Source: Felis catus (lineage: Eukaryota). Taken from it: a stretch of DNA of 64,000 nucleotides. A model generated the notes under the pieces. The model worked only from the letters and a program-made list of their open reading frames with translations. It was not told where the DNA came from and made no database searches. The position numbers and the translations under genes were made by a program. The DNA lies in assembly GCF_018350175.1 (NCBI RefSeq), contig NC_058369.1, positions 3,350,001-3,414,000 of the forward strand, given 5' to 3'. The stretch's first letter is position 1. Each line of letters begins with the position of its first letter. Below, piece after piece: positions 1 through 11,260 of the stretch.

Positions 1-1198
1 CCCTCATTTGGTTTGGCTGGACTGGAGCTCCAGCTACTGTGCTCGGCTTGTGTGAATGACTGTGTCCAGCATCTCTTCCTGCGATGACAGTGCGTGAGGG
101 ACACCAAGGAAGGACGGGCCCGAGGGGCTTCCTGACCCGTTCCCCGTGTCTCACATGGCTAGCGCCCAGGAGCCTGGCGACCCTTTGGGGGAAGGCTGGT
201 GTCGCATCCTGGGCTCAGAGCACCGCATCGTGTGTGAGAAGGGTCTATGGTCCTGGGGCCTGACTGGGGGGTCGAGGGTGGGATGCGGGTTCTGGGAAGC
301 GGGGTCTTCCTTGGCAAGGGTCCCCCCGGCCGGAGGACAGGTGAGGCCCAGGGAGGGCGCGCCTGGCGTCCTGTATCCCTATGTGCCACCCCGGTGTGGC
401 TGCCCTGGGCATTTGGGGAACTGTGGCCCGGAAGGACGGGGTGCTGTGTCACAGCTGTTCTCCAGCCTCGACCAAGTGTGGGGCCTACCTGAACGTGCTG
501 AGCACCTGCGGTCACATACCCGCCCCCACCGTCCCAGGGCCCCGTCCCATGCGGGGAAGCTCTGCTGGTCCTTCCTCAGAGGCCTCAGCCCAGGTGCTTG
601 GAGGGCCACAGAGCATCAGCTCCGGGTAGGCCCAGGTGGAAAGCGGCTGGTTTTATATCCGCCCCCGTCCAGTCCTCCAGCCGGCCCGGGGCATAGCCAT
701 GGCTGCTGGCTGCCACAGCTTGACCCTCACAAAGCCCCCTGGCCACACTGAGCGTTGGCAGAGGTGGTAGGAGCCTGCCTCGGGGTGACAGTGGCCTTCT
801 GGTACATTCGGCTGCAACGGAACATGGTTTGCTGAGGGCGTATGCTTCTAGAGCGAGGATAGAGCCGGGAGCCCAGGAGGGAGGAGCAAGAGAACTGGAC
901 GGAACCTTCTAGACTTAGGCACGTGTCCGTCTCTCTTTCTTAATGGGAGTGCTTGCTTGAGATCCTCAGGCAAACACCCTCCGTCAGCGGTCTCAGCAAC
1001 CCTGGGCCCCCAGACCCGGAGGAGAAGGGGTGGACGGTGCGGGCAGGCCTGGAGCCGGGTGCGTGGTGCTGCTGAGCTCACGGTCCTTGGGGGCCCCGCT
1101 GGGGCGAGGCAGCACAGGGTCCAGACCTTCGGGGAGGGGGAGCCGGTTTGGGGCCGGGGAGGAGGCCCCGCAGAGGGCCCCCGTGGGCCGGGAGCGGC

Positions 1199-1531
1199 CT
1201 ACACCTGCTGCCCGCCGGGCGGCAGGGCGAAGGGCCCCACCAGCCAGCAGAGCGGCGGGCCGTGCTGCACGCTGTCCAGCACCTGCTCCAGCTCTTGCCA
1301 GGCCCGGCCCACGCCCTCGTGGCTCCGGGCCAGGCGCTCTGCCGGCAGCCGCTGGACCGAGCTGGCCGAGGAGACCAGGCCGTAGAGCTCACACAGGCTG
1401 TGCCGCGCCCGCCCGACACGCTGCTGGAGCTCCTCGGGGAGGCCCTGGAGGCCGGAGGCCAGGGAGCTGTAGGCCACGTGGAGCTGCTGGATGAGGCTGC
1501 AGGCCCTGGACAGGGCCCCGGAGTCCGGCAC
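1199..1531 (-). CDS. PLIN4: PLIN4 last coding exon
   Basis: ccgcag|GTG acceptor; VPDSGALSRACSLIQQLH...WLVGPF; TAG at 1199-1201. Confidence 0.93.
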   Translation of the reverse strand: MPDSGALSRACSLIQQLHVAYSSLASGLQGLPEELQQRVGRARHSLCELYGLVSSASSVQRLPAERLARSHEGVGRAWQELEQVLDSVQHGPPLCWLVGPFALPPGGQQV

Positions 1532-4500
1532 CTGCGGGAGTGGGGAGCGAGGTAAGCAGGGGCGGAGGGAGAAGAGCGGGAGCCTCAGCGTTTGCTTACG
1601 CACCTCTTGGGTAGCGCCTTCCTCCGCTCTGCTGCTCGGACCCTGGTCTGGAGGTGACTGGCCCTCTGGAGCCCGCTCGGCCTTCTGAATCTAGAAAGAA
1701 AGAGACGCCAGCGGAGAAATTACAGCTGGTCCCCTGGGGACGTTTGGGTCTGGCCCTGGAGCCTCACGTCTAGACCTTTCCCGGGCATGGTGGAAAAGCC
1801 ACAAAAAAATAAAATCCTTTAATAAGAAACGAATGAAAAGATCTCTGAGGTGCCTTACAGAGTCCCCCTCTCTCGTGTCCCACATCCCTGCTTCGGAGGC
1901 GCATTCTGAACCGGGTGCCTCTTGCCATGGAAGCCACCCCAGAGGCCCCACTGTCCATCACGTGCCGGGAGTTTTGCAGGAATCTCCCGGGTCCAGCCCG
2001 TTCTCCCATCAGCAGCTAGGGACCCCCTAGAAAAACCTAGGTGGGGTCAGGCCACTCCTCAGTCCTGGGTGCTGGGGGGGTTGCTGGGGGGCATCCCTGG
2101 TCCCCACCTCCTCCATGCCAGGAGTCCCCCCCCCCCCCAGTTGTGACAACCACAGACATCCCCACAGATTGCCAAGTGTCCCTGGGAACAGAATCACCCC
2201 CCCAGGGGACACTTCCTAGGTTAAGGGGTTCCACTGGCCCCCAGCAGCCTTTACATTATGTTGACCACCTCTCACCTGCTGAGGTCGTGGGAGGCTGCAC
2301 ACACAGGGCAGTGACTTACAGACCTTGAGGTCACCCTGGGTGGTGCCGTCTAACCGCTTGGAGATGCATTCTGGTGTCTGGGGTGAGCACGGCTTTACTC
2401 GTTATTTTCCCCCCATAATTAACCCTGGCTTTCCCCTCCGCGGCACTGCTAACACTGGCACTGGTTCTGGATCATTCTGTGTGCTGTACTATTGGTGTCC
2501 TGGGCACTGGGGGTGGGGGTGGGGGGCTGAGCAGCGTCCCTGACCCCACCCACTCAAGGCCAGGAGCACCATTTCCTGCAGTTGTGACAGCCACAGATGT
2601 CCCCAGACATGGCCCAGTGTCCCAGGGGCCTGTTCACTCCCGTGGAGATCCCGCTGGATCGGACCCGCGGTCTTCGTGCCGTGGCCCACCAGAGACCGTG
2701 GGGCACCGACGGAAATCACCGTTGTGTGGGTGCAGCCTGGGGATCTGGATTCAGGCAGCATTGCTGAGTTCTTCACTGCATGTGTATCTAAACATCTAAG
2801 AGCCATGACCTTGGAGACCGGGAGGTCCTCAGAGCTGGGGGACCCTCGCCGTCTGCACAGGCCACAGGCGGCTGCCGCTGGACTGGGCTCAGCTCCGCCT
2901 CTGGCACAGAGCAGGAGCCGACGCGTTAGCTGTCCGCCGTGGAGAAGGCTCCGTGGGGCTCAGTAGATGCCCGTCGGGTCACCACACGCGGATGGGGGAG
3001 CGTGGGGAGGGGAAGGCTCTTACCAGCTTGAAGGCGTCCTCCAGCTGGGCCAGCGCGGCCCTGGCCTGGAACTGGCCGTGTTGCAGGTGGCTCAGGGCGT
3101 GCTCAAAAGCCCGCTGGCGGAAGCCGGGGGCCAGGTCGCCCAGACGCACAAAGTAGCTGCGCTGGTCGGCCGTGAGCACCCTTGGCTCAGGCTCGGAGGC
3201 GGCAAGCTGGGCTGCAGGGAAGAGGGGATCACTGGATCCGAGAGGCCCCGGGCTTGGGTTTTACAGAAGCCCAGCCCCGTGGGAGGTGGGCCGGCCATGC
3301 CGTTCTTACCTTGCTCCTCGGCATCCAGGGGCTGGAAGACGTCCCCCAGCTCCTTCAGCTCGTCCCGGAGTGTCGCGAAGCTCGTGGGTCCTTCATGGCC
3401 GCGTGCGGTGGCCACGTGCCCCGCATCCTCCCTGCCCAGGGTGGCCCCCTGGGGACGTGTTGCTTCAGCGGTGGCTTCCCGGACAAGGTCCAGGCCTGCA
3501 CCAAGTGTGTCCGGGGCGCTGGATACTCCGGGGGACAGAGCTTCCCCTCCTTTGCGGGGGGCACTGGAACTGGTGAGTCCGCCCCACACAGGGTCCCGGG
3601 TGCCAGGTAACCAGTTCTGGATGGTGTCGAGACCAGTCTGCACTGCCCCCTTGGCCACGTTCCCTGCCCCTGTCACCCCAGCGGACACTGTGTCTTTGGT
3701 GCCTGTGACAATATTCTTGGTGATGTCCAGGCCGGTCTGGACGGTGCCCTTGGCCATGCCCAGGGCGCCTGTGAGCCCAGTAGATAGGGTGTCCTTGGTG
3801 CCCGTCAGGATGGTCTTTGAAGTGTCCAGGCCGGTCTGGACGGTGCCCTTGGCCATGGTCACTGCCCCTGTCACCCCAGCGGACACGGTGTCTTTGGTGC
3901 CTGTGACAATATTCTTGGTGGTGTCCAGGCCAGTCTGGACCGTGCCCTTGGCCATGCCCAGTGCACCTGTGAGCCCAGTAGATAGGGTGTCCTTGGTGCC
4001 CGTCAGGACGGTCTTTGAAGTGTCCAGGCCGGTCTGGACGGTGCCCTTGGCCATGCCCAGTGCGCCTGTGAGCCCAGTAGATAGGGTGTCCTTGGTGCCC
4101 GTCAGGACGGTCTTTGAAGTGTCCAGGCCGGTCTGGACGGTGCCCTTGGCCATGTTCACTGCCCCTGTCACCCCAGCGGACACGGTGTCTTTGGTGCCTG
4201 TGACAATATTCTTGGTGGTGTCCAGGCCGGTCTGGACGGTGCCCTTGGCCATGCCCAGTGCACCTGTGAGCCCAGTAGATAGGGTGTCCTTGGTGCCCGT
4301 CAGGACGGTCTTTGAAGTGTCCAGGCCGGACTGGACGGTGCCCTTGGCCATGCCCAGGGCACCTGTGAGCCCAGTAGATAGGGTGTCCTTGGTGCCCGTC
4401 AGGACGGTCTTCGAAGTGTCCAGGCCGGTCTGGACGGTGCCCTTGGCCATGTTCACTGCCCCTGTCACCCCAGCGGACACGGTGTCTTTGGTGCCTGTGA

Positions 4501-7500
4501 CAATATTCTTAGTGGTTTCCAGGCTGGTCTGGACGGTGCCCTTGGCCATGTTCACTGCCCCTGTCACCCCAGCGGACACGGTGTCTTTGGTGCCTGTGAC
4601 AATATTCTTGGTGGTGTCCAGGCCGGTCTGGACGGTGCCCTTGGCCATGCCCAGTGCACCTGTGAGCCCAGTAGATAGGGTGTCCTTGGTGCCCGTCAGG
4701 ATGGTCTTTGAAGTGTCCAGGCCGGTCTGGACGGTGCCCTTGGCCATGGTGACTGCCCCTGTCACCCCAGCGGACACGGTGTCTTTGGTGCCTGTGACAA
4801 TATTCTTGGTGGTGTCCAGGCCAGTCTGGACCGTGCCCTTGGCCATGCCCAGTGCACCTGTGAGCCCAGTAGATAGGGTGTCCTTGGTGCCCGTCAGGAC
4901 GGTCTTTGAAGTGTCCAGGCCGGTCTGGACAGCACCTTTGGCCACATTCATGGCTCCAGTCACCCCACTGCACACGGTGTCCTTGGTACCTGTCAGGACA
5001 GCCTTGGTGGTGTCCAGGCCAGTCTGGACAGTGCCCTTGGCCACGTTCATTGCCCCTGAGAGCCCCGTGGACACAGTGTCCTTGGTACCCGTCAGGACGG
5101 TCTTTGAAGTGTCCAGGCCAGTCTGGACGGTGCCCTTGGCCATGTTCACTGCCCCTGTCACCCCAGCGGACACGGTGTCTTTGGTGCCTGTGACAATATT
5201 CTTGGTGGTGTCCAGGCCAGTCTGGACCGTGCCCTTGGCCATGCCCAGTGCACCTGTGAGCCCAGTAGATAGGGTGTCCTTGGTGCCCGTCAGGACGGTC
5301 TTTGAAGTGTCCAGGCCGGTCTGGACGGTGCACTTGGCCATGCCCAGTGCACCTGTGAGCCCAGTAGATAGGGTGTCCTTGGTGCCCGTCAGGACGGTCT
5401 TTGAAGTGTCCAGGCCGGTCTGGACAGCACCTTTGGCCACATTCATGGCTCCAGTCACCCCACTGCACACGGTGTCCTTGGTACCTGTCAGGACAGCCTT
5501 GGTGGTGTCCAGGCCAGTCTGGACAGTGCCCTTGGCCACGTTCATTGCCCCTGAGAGCCCCGTGGACACAGTGTCCTTGGTACCCGTCAGGACGGTCTTT
5601 GAAGTGTCCAGGCCAGTCTGGACGGTGCCCTTGGCCATGTTCACTGCCCCTGTCACCCCAGCGGACACGGTGTCTTTGGTGCCTGTGACAATATTCTTGG
5701 TGGTGTCCAGGCCAGTCTGGACCGTGCCCTTGGCCATGCCCAGTGCACCTGTGAGCCCAGTAGATAGGGTGTCCTTGGTGCCCGTCAGGACGGTCTTTGA
5801 AGTGTCCAGGCCGGTCTGGACAGCACCTTTGGCCACATTCATGGCTCCAGTCACCCCACTGCACACGGTGTCCTTGGTACCTGTCAGGACAGCCTTGGTG
5901 GTGTCCAGGCCAGTCTGGACAGTGCCCTTGGCCACGTTCATTGCCCCTGAGAGCCCCGTGGACACAGTGTCCTTGGTACCCGTCAGGACGGTCTTTGAAG
6001 TGTCCAGGCCAGTCTGGACGGTGCCCTTGGCCATGTTCACTGCCCCTGTCACCCCAGCGGACACGGTGTCTTTGGTGCCTGTGACAATATTCTTGGTGGT
6101 GTCCAGGCCAGTCTGGACCGTGCCCTTGGCCATGCCCAGTGCACCTGTGAGCCCAGTAGATAGGGTGTCCTTGGTGCCCGTCAGGACGGTCTTTGAAGTG
6201 TCCAGGCCGGTCTGGACAGCACCTTTGGCCACATTCATGGCTCCAGTCACTCCACTGCACACGGTGTCCTTGGTACCTGTCAGGACAGCCTTGGTGGTGT
6301 CCAGGCCAGTCTGGACAGTGCCCTTGGCCACGTTCATTGCCCCTGAGAGCCCCGTGGACACAGTGTCCTTGGTACCCGTCAGGACGGTCTTTGAAGTGTC
6401 CAGGCCGGTCTGGACCGTGCCCTTGGCCATGCCCAGTGCACCTGTGAGCCCAGTAGATAGGGTGTCCTTGGTGCCCGTCAGGACGGTCTTTGAAGTGTCC
6501 AGGCCGGTCTGGACAGCACCTTTGGCCACATTCATGGCTCCAGTCACCCCACTGCACACGGTGTCCTTGGTACCTGTCAGGACAGCCTTGGTGGTGTCCA
6601 GGCCAGTCTGGACAGTGCCCTTGGCCACGTTCATTGCCCCTGAGAGCCCCGTGGACACAGTGTCCTTGGTACCCGTCAGGACGGTCTTTGAAGTGTCCAG
6701 GCCAGTCTGGACGGTGCCCTTGGCCATGTTCACTGCCCCTGTCACCCCAGCGGACACGGTGTCTTTGGTGCCTGTGACAATATTCTTGGTGGTGTCCAGG
6801 CCGGTCTGGACCGTGCCCTTGGCCATGCCCAGTGCACCTGTGAGCCCAGTAGATAGGGTGTCCTTGGTGCCCGTCAGGACGGTCTTTGAAGTGTCCAGGC
6901 CGGTCTGGACGGTGCCCTTGGCCATGCCCAGTGCTCCTGTGAGCCCAGTAGATAGGGTGTCCTTGGTGCCCGTCAGGATGGTCTTTGAAGTGTCCAGGCC
7001 GGTCTGGACGGTGCCCTTGGCCATGCCCAGTGCACCTGTGAGCCCAGTAGATAGGGTGTCCTTGGTGCCCGTCAGGACGGTCTTTGAAGTGTCCAGGCCG
7101 GTCTGGACAGCACCTTTGGCCACATTCATGGCTCCAGTCACCCCACTGCACACGGTGTCCTTGGTGCCCATCAGGACGGTCTTCGAAGTGTCCAGGCCGG
7201 TCTGGACCGTGCCCTTAGCCACACCCACTGCCCCTGTGACGCCACTGGCCACAGTCTCCTTGGCACCTGAGAGGGCAGACCGGGTCATGCCCAGGCCTCC
7301 GTGCATCACACCTTTGGCTGTGTCCACTGCGCTGGCCATCCCGGAGGAGATGGTGTCCTTAGTCTTACTCATCTTGGAGCTCACCAGGTCCTTTGCCCCA
7401 GAGGTCATCTGGTAAGAAAGGACACGCGTGGTCAAGAGGAGAGCCCGAGGCGCTCCGCACCCCAGACTTCAGCCAGCCTGATCCCTCGCGTGCATTAGGG

Positions 7501-10500
7501 CGAAGGACCGTCACCCAGAGAGTCTGCCCGTCACCTCCCACCTGTACCCACTCTGCTCTCACACTGTCATCCAGCCATGGCCTTCCAGGGCCCGGCCTTC
7601 GAGAGCTCTGTCACAGCGCTGAGCGGCGCCCCTGATTGAATAAATCCCCACTGCCAGAGACAGGTCCCCACACCTCCAGAACCTTTGCCAAAGTCCCCTG
7701 GCCTTGGGCTCAGTGCCGGGTGCTGGGTGACATAGTTGATTCGTCTTGCCTACTCTTCGAAGGGCAGTTTCTCTCATCTGGTCAAACTAACAAAGGGTTG
7801 TGGTGGCCTGAGTCGCCACCGCTCGCTTTCAACCACAAGCGTGCTGTTTTTAATCCAGAGCTTCTTAACCGGGGTGATTCTACCCTCCAGGGGACCCTGG
7901 GTGGCGTCTGCGGACATCTGTGGTTGCCACGACTCGGGGACAGGGTGCCCCAGGCGTCGAGCGAGCAGGGCACAGGGATGCCGTGCAATCCCCGCCCCCG
8001 CAGTGCCCAGGACGCACCACAACCAGGAGGGATCTGGCCGCAAACGGCCACCATGCTGAGATGGAGGGAGCCCCGAAATTTTGTTCTTACCTCTGCCCAC
8101 CTGCTACCCTGCCTCGTTTCAAGTGGGCACTTGGGCTGTGTGCCTGCAGAGACCTGAGTTCGAATCTCAGCCCTCCGCCCCCTCCCTAGCCCCCCCCCCC
8201 CTCAGGCAAGACACATCCCCTCTGAGCTTTTTGGCTGAAGCCGGTGACTAACACAACGCCTCCTTCAAGGATTGGGGAGGAAGGGAGTCAAGGTGCCTGA
8301 AGCACTTTGCAGGAGACTGAGACTAAGACGGGGAGGGAACAGGGTGTGGCCTTGGCTGTCCCGGTCTGTTGTAATCTGGGCCAGAAGGGCCACTGGCGTT
8401 ACTCGTTCCTTGAGCTGAGGGCAGAGGGGAGTAGAGTAAGACTGCAGGGGGGCGGGGGGTGGGGTGGGGGGGTGGCGCCTGGGTGGCTCAGTCCGTGAAG
8501 GGTCCGACTTCGGCTCAGGTCACGATTTCACAGTTCGTGATTTCGAGCCCCGAATCGGGATCGGCACTGACGGTGCGGAGCCTGCTTGGGATTCTCTCTC
8601 TCTCCCTCTCTCTCTGCCCTTCCCCCACTCTCACTCGCGCTCTCTCTCAACATAAATAAATAAACTTTAAAGAAAAATAAAAAAGACTCCAGGATGGGCG
8701 CTTAAGCGTGCCCAGTGAAGCAGTCCTAACAGGGCTGTGGCGCCCTGCTGTGGCCCTTGGGGGTCGCGCATCAGTCACTCCGTCTGGCCCAGCCTTGGGG
8801 ACGTGATAGCGAGGGGAGAGCCCCGTTCATCTGAGATGGATGGAAGGTGCAGGAAGGTTCCCTAGCCGCGCCTGGCTGTGTGACCTTCAGCAAGCGGCTT
8901 GGCTTCTCTGTGCTTTTTGGCTGTTGTGTGGGGTACTCTCTCTCCCTTCCTCGCAGGGCAGGTTCACCAGTAAGCGGCACACAGAAAGCACGCAGCCCCA
9001 AGCCTGGCGTGCGCTGAGGTGCCAGTGTTTCCGGCCCCTTATTGCTAGACAGAGCGGGAGACCGTGCGCAGCCTTGCCGCGCCGGGCAGGGGGGCGGTGG
9101 TCGGCATTGCACCCATTTCACAGATGTGGAAACGGAAGCTCAGAGGGGAGACTACGCCTGGAATCCCACAGCAGGACGCACTGGGGTGTCTGCCCTCCCC
9201 TTGGCCCACGACAACCCCCTCAGAAGGCAGGAACCGAAACCTCCCCGGAGAAGCACCAGAAGGAGGCGGAGGCCATCAGGCCTCAGGTCCACCAGCCCCT
9301 CTCACCTTCTCTGAGGGCGGCGGCTGCTTCTCCCCGCCAGCCGTCTGCTCCAGGTTGGTGGCTGCTGTGGGCACAGGAGCTGGTCAGGCAACCAGGAAGG
9401 GCGAGGGACGTGGGCTGGCATCAGCCAACGGGCCTGGGGCCCGTTGCGTAATTGGTGGGCACAGCCTGAAAGGTCAGGAATGTCCCAGCCGCCCTGCCAG
9501 GGACAGCAGGAGGTGACATCGACAACCAGTGACTGAGCCCTGCTGGAGGCTCCCCTGGAGCCCTGGGGCTTTGGGCTGCTGGTACGGGAGTTCTCTGGAG
9601 TTTTCTATGCCCGGGTCCCGGGCGCTGGACACTCACCCCGGAGGGGACCCGAGGAAGGGTATTAAGGGCCCCGCCCCAGCCGCAGCTGCCTGTCTGGCCT
9701 GGGTATGTGGGGCAGGAGTCACTGCCCTGGGGCGCTGGGCCCAGAGTGAGCGAGCGTCCAGGCCCACGCTCCCCTGCTCCCTCCCCCCCAGCCCCTGCCG
9801 CCAAGCCAAGGCTTTGTGACCCCAGGGAAGCCAGCCCCCTTTGCTGGGAACCAGGATGGAAACCTTCAGTGAGCTCAGACACGGGGAGCACCCAGTCCCT
9901 GGTGCATCAGAAATGGGGTGGGATGCAGGGGAGGGGTTGAGAAAGCAGAGAGACAGGCTGTGTCCACACCCTCGCTGTTGCTGGTTATGCTACTTTGGGC
10001 CCCTCTCCTGCCCTATTTAGGCCTCAGTTTCCCCCATCTGGTGCCACCTGAGCACGCCAGCCTGGAGTGTCTGTTGAGGTGATGCCGGCACGTGTGAACC
10101 CCCACTCCCCCCACAAATGATCGAAAGTCCCTGCTCGGGGATGTTTATTCCCAGGACCCGCCTCTAGAGCCGCCCCCCCCTCCCCCACGGAGATGTCCAC
10201 TCACCCTGAGCCTGGGGCTGCGGGGACGCACCCGCAGGGTCGGCGACCGGCCGGACCTCTCTCGCAGAACTGTGGGCGCCGGCCACAAGGTTCCGGGCAG
10301 AACTGAAGCCAGGCAGGGACCCCAAGAAACTTCCCAGGGTCTACACGGGGCAGGGGGGAAGCGTTAGCAGGGCCAGGCTCTGGCAGGGTGGGGGGAATGC
10401 CTTGGACAGCACTGGGTTCCTGCATCCCCTCGGGCCCTTCATCCTGGGGAGACCCCAGGAGGGTGTCTTAGCCTCTCTGAGTCTCAGTTTCTTTGCCTGG

Positions 10501-10894
10501 GCCACGGGCAGAGTCAGCCTGCCTCCCGTAGACAGAGGAAAAGTTCATCCTCCGGGTCTCCAGAGGCCTTTTCCCTCCACGGCCCCCCCATTTCATGGGT
10601 GGGGAAACTGAGGCCCAGAGAGGGGCCATGGTAGAGAAGGAGCTGAGGGTTGCTTGTGTCCCCCCGCTCCCCCCACCCTTCAGCTTGGGACCGGAGGGGA
10701 CAGTTGGTACCATGGCTCGCAGAGCCTTCCCACCCCACCCTTCCCAGGCCCTCCGGACCCCGGTACCGTGAAGGTCACCTTCCCAAGGTTCCGGGGGGTC
10801 CCCAGGTCCTGGCAGGGATCTCCCCCACCGCACCTCCCCTCACCTTGCCCTTGGGTTTGGGAGGATCCCGGCCTCCTTCGTCTTGGGCAGACAT
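1199..10894 (-). CDS. PLIN4: Perilipin-4 (S3-12), spliced CDS, 1650 aa
   Basis: Exons 10844-10894, 10205-10340, 9306-9364, 3310-7408, 3024-3211, 1604-1690, 1199-1531 total 4953 nt with consistent GT-AG phases. Starts MSAQDEGGRDPPKPKGK-TLGSFLGSLPGFSSARNL, has 33-aa amphipathic repeats, and ends in a perilipin bundle (...WLVGPFALPPGGQQV*). Confidence 0.97.
1604..1690 (-). CDS. PLIN4: PLIN4 coding exon 6
   Basis: ttctag|ATT...GAG|gtgcgt; IQKAERAPEGQSPPDQGPSSRAEEGATQE. Confidence 0.9.
2030..2235 (-). mobile_element. MER20-like DNA transposon relic (second fragment ~2500-2630)
   Basis: Recognised by eye: cagttgtgacaaccacagacatccccacagattgccaagtgtccctggga...aatcaccccc resembles reverse-strand MER20. 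Confidence 0.65.
3024..3211 (-). CDS. PLIN4: PLIN4 coding exon 5
   Basis: ctgcag|CC...CTG|gtaaga; QLAASEPEPRVLTADQRSYFVRLGDL...AFKL. Confidence 0.93.
3310..7408 (-). CDS. PLIN4: PLIN4 giant repeat exon (4099 nt)
   Basis: taccag|ATG ACC TCT...CAA G|gtaaga; lies within ORF 3092-7435. Confidence 0.95.
3620..7340 (-). repeat. Coding tandem repeat, 99-bp unit (33 aa), about 38 copies
   Basis: I count 38 AK(G/C) motifs spaced 33 aa apart, e.g. ALGMAKGTVQTGLDTSKTVLTGTKDTLSTGLTG. Confidence 0.95.
7858..8070 (+). mobile_element. MER20-like DNA transposon relic
   Basis: ttcttaaccggggtgattctaccctccaggggac...ggttgccacgact...gggatg. Confidence 0.65.
8474..8684 (+). mobile_element. Can-SINE (tRNA-derived carnivore SINE)
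   Basis: ggcgcctgggtggctcagt head, (CT)n tract, A-rich tail. Confidence 0.9.
9306..9364 (-). CDS. PLIN4: PLIN4 coding exon 3
   Basis: cacag|CAG (NAGNAG)...GAGAAG|gtgag; AATNLEQTAGGEKQPPPSEK. Confidence 0.85.
10205..10340 (-). CDS. PLIN4: PLIN4 coding exon 2
   Basis: gtgtag|ACC...CAGG|gtgagt; TLGSFLGSLPGFSSARNLVAGAHSS. Confidence 0.92.
10844..10894 (-). CDS. PLIN4: PLIN4 first coding exon (exon acceptor at 10911)
   Basis: accATGtct; MSAQDEGGRDPPKPKGK|gtgag. Confidence 0.92.
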
Positions 10895-11022
10895 GGTAAT
10901 ATTCTGAGCAGCTGGAAAGGGGCGGAGAGGGTGTGTGAATCGGGGGGCTCCCGGGCCTCCTGCCGCACCCCTCCCGCGCCGGCCACACCCCTCCGGCCCA
11001 GCCTCACCCTGGCGTTGCTCAC

Positions 11023-11260
11023 CTGGGGCGCGGGAGGGTCCCTCAGAGCCACAGGCGGTGCAGCTGGGGGCTGGCTCTGCTCTCGGCTACCAGGCCTTAT
11101 AGGGTCTGGGGCAGGCCCGGGCCCGGCCGGCAGAGGCAGGCGGCCAGCGGGCCGGGGGAGGGCCCTGGGCGGTCACGTGCAGCCTGCCCAGCCCAGCGTG
11201 GGCCCCGGGCCCAGGACCTTTCCCCTGCTATCCGCACCGGGCGGCCTCTGCCCACGGCAC
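11023..11260 (-). promoter_or_regulatory. PLIN4: PLIN4 non-coding exon 1 (~11023-11070) and core promoter
   Basis: Donor cag|gtgagc at 11023; TATAAG at 11096-11101; DR1-like AGGGGA-A-AGGTCC at 11214-11226. Confidence 0.6.

Noticed and set aside
146..1198. Several ORFs at the window start
   Set aside because: They lie in the PLIN4 3' UTR and have no coding signature; the poly(A) signal is probably outside the window.
3620..7340. Regular direct repeats suggesting a CRISPR-like array
   Set aside because: No unique spacers; it is an in-frame coding VNTR in a eukaryotic exon.
2967..7415. 1482-aa plus-strand ORF
   Set aside because: Antisense shadow of the PLIN4 repeat exon. Third codon positions coincide with the sense frame, and one stop-free unit amplified ~38 times explains the length. 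No promoter or splice support.
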